Source: Elusimicrobiota bacterium
Lineage (GTDB): Bacteria > CAYTYR01 > UBA6262
DNA length: 64,000 bases
Reading direction: 5' to 3'
NCBI GenBank assembly: GCA_003153935.1
Contig: PMCA01000017.1
Location: 72,107 to 136,106, forward strand
Under the pieces are notes generated by a model that saw only the letters and a program-made list of their open reading frames with translations, ran no database searches and was not told where the DNA came from. The position numbers and the translations under genes were made by a program. Positions within the stretch are counted from its first letter, which is position 1. The number at the start of each line of letters is the position of its first letter. Shown in pieces: positions 63,570 to 64,000 of the stretch.

Positions 63570-64000
63570 TTAGAGCAACCCCTTTTCCTTAAAACTGAGG
63601 TATCTATCCCTGGCGACGATAACATGGTCCAGTATCTCGATCCCCATGATCTTGCCCGCTTCCGTCAGCCGCCGGGTCAAATGCAGGTCCTCGGTCGAGG
63701 GATTAGGGTCGCCGGACGGATGATTGTGGGCGATGATGAGATGCGCGGCCGTGTGCTTGACCGCCGGCTCGAAAACCTCACGGGGATGGACCAGGCTGGC
63801 ATTTAGAGAGCCGATGGAAATGATCTCGCGTTTTATTTCCTGGTTGCGGGAATCGAGGTAGAAAACAACGAAGTGTTCTTTCTTATGGGTCCGGATGTCC
63901 TTCATTTCCGCGAAGATGTCCTCCGGCCGCAAATATAATTCCGCTTTTTTGTTTTTCAGCAGTCTTTTGCCGAGCTCGAAGCAGGCCACGATCTCGCAAG
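63570..64000 (-). CDS. radC: RadC-family JAB-domain protein (N-terminus continues beyond the window end)
   Basis: JAMM motif HNHPSGDPNPSTED and the N-terminal-region motif AAFELGRRL-like (ACFELGKRLL). The reading frame remains open to nt 64000. Confidence 0.75.
   Translation of the reverse strand, partial: CEIVACFELGKRLLKNKKAELYLRPEDIFAEMKDIRTHKKEHFVVFYLDSRNQEIKREIISIGSLNASLVHPREVFEPAVKHTAAHLIIAHNHPSGDPNPSTEDLHLTRRLTEAGKIMGIEILDHVIVARDRYLSFKEKGLL

Overview
The window is about 64 kb of chromosome from a diderm (Gram-negative-type) bacterium with moderately high GC, possibly an uncultivated lineage; the taxon cannot be assigned from this sequence alone. Coding is dense, with frequent ATGA and 4-nt overlaps, and almost everything from nt 1 to 55470 is on the + strand. 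The conserved housekeeping backbone is rimP-nusA-infB-rbfA-nrnA-ribF-rpsO-pnp (no truB), uppP-ftsK-lolA-like-rodZ-like-rimO-pgsA-pgpA, recA-MBL-xerC/D, trpS-scpA-scpB, an aromatic amino-acid block (pheA-hisC-DAHP synthase-tyrA-aroA), and cmk-plsC-ispH-rpsA. Accessory content: a 5' glycan-modification cluster (DegT-family aminotransferase, SAM methyltransferase, GT-C and GT4 glycosyltransferases); a stand-alone operon of two translationally coupled PilZ paralogs; a small wHTH+SpoVG regulator operon; a two-component phosphorelay block (orphan membrane module, Cache histidine kinase with a Cph1-type HisKA, an Rcp1-like single-domain regulator, and a REC-PAS hybrid kinase); TolC plus an RND pump with no adaptor gene between them; a DHH-CBS-CCA/poly(A)-polymerase fusion; a 941-aa outer-membrane protein joining a gluzincin-like domain, a TolB-like propeller and an Omp85 barrel; and, on the - strand, a PHP-GH57 operon, tRNA-Arg(CCU), a low-GC secreted ankyrin-repeat protein, apt, a sigma-70-family factor, acylphosphatase and a partial radC. 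The candidates I rate highest for novelty are the 941-aa outer-membrane protein (52645-55470) and the roughly 0.7-kb ORF-free convergent gap (55471-56250) with telomere-like T4G4 G-tracts; short direct-repeat arrays upstream of the PHP-GH57 operon and between aroF and tyrA are also flagged. All calls are by-eye motif recognition; no database search was run.
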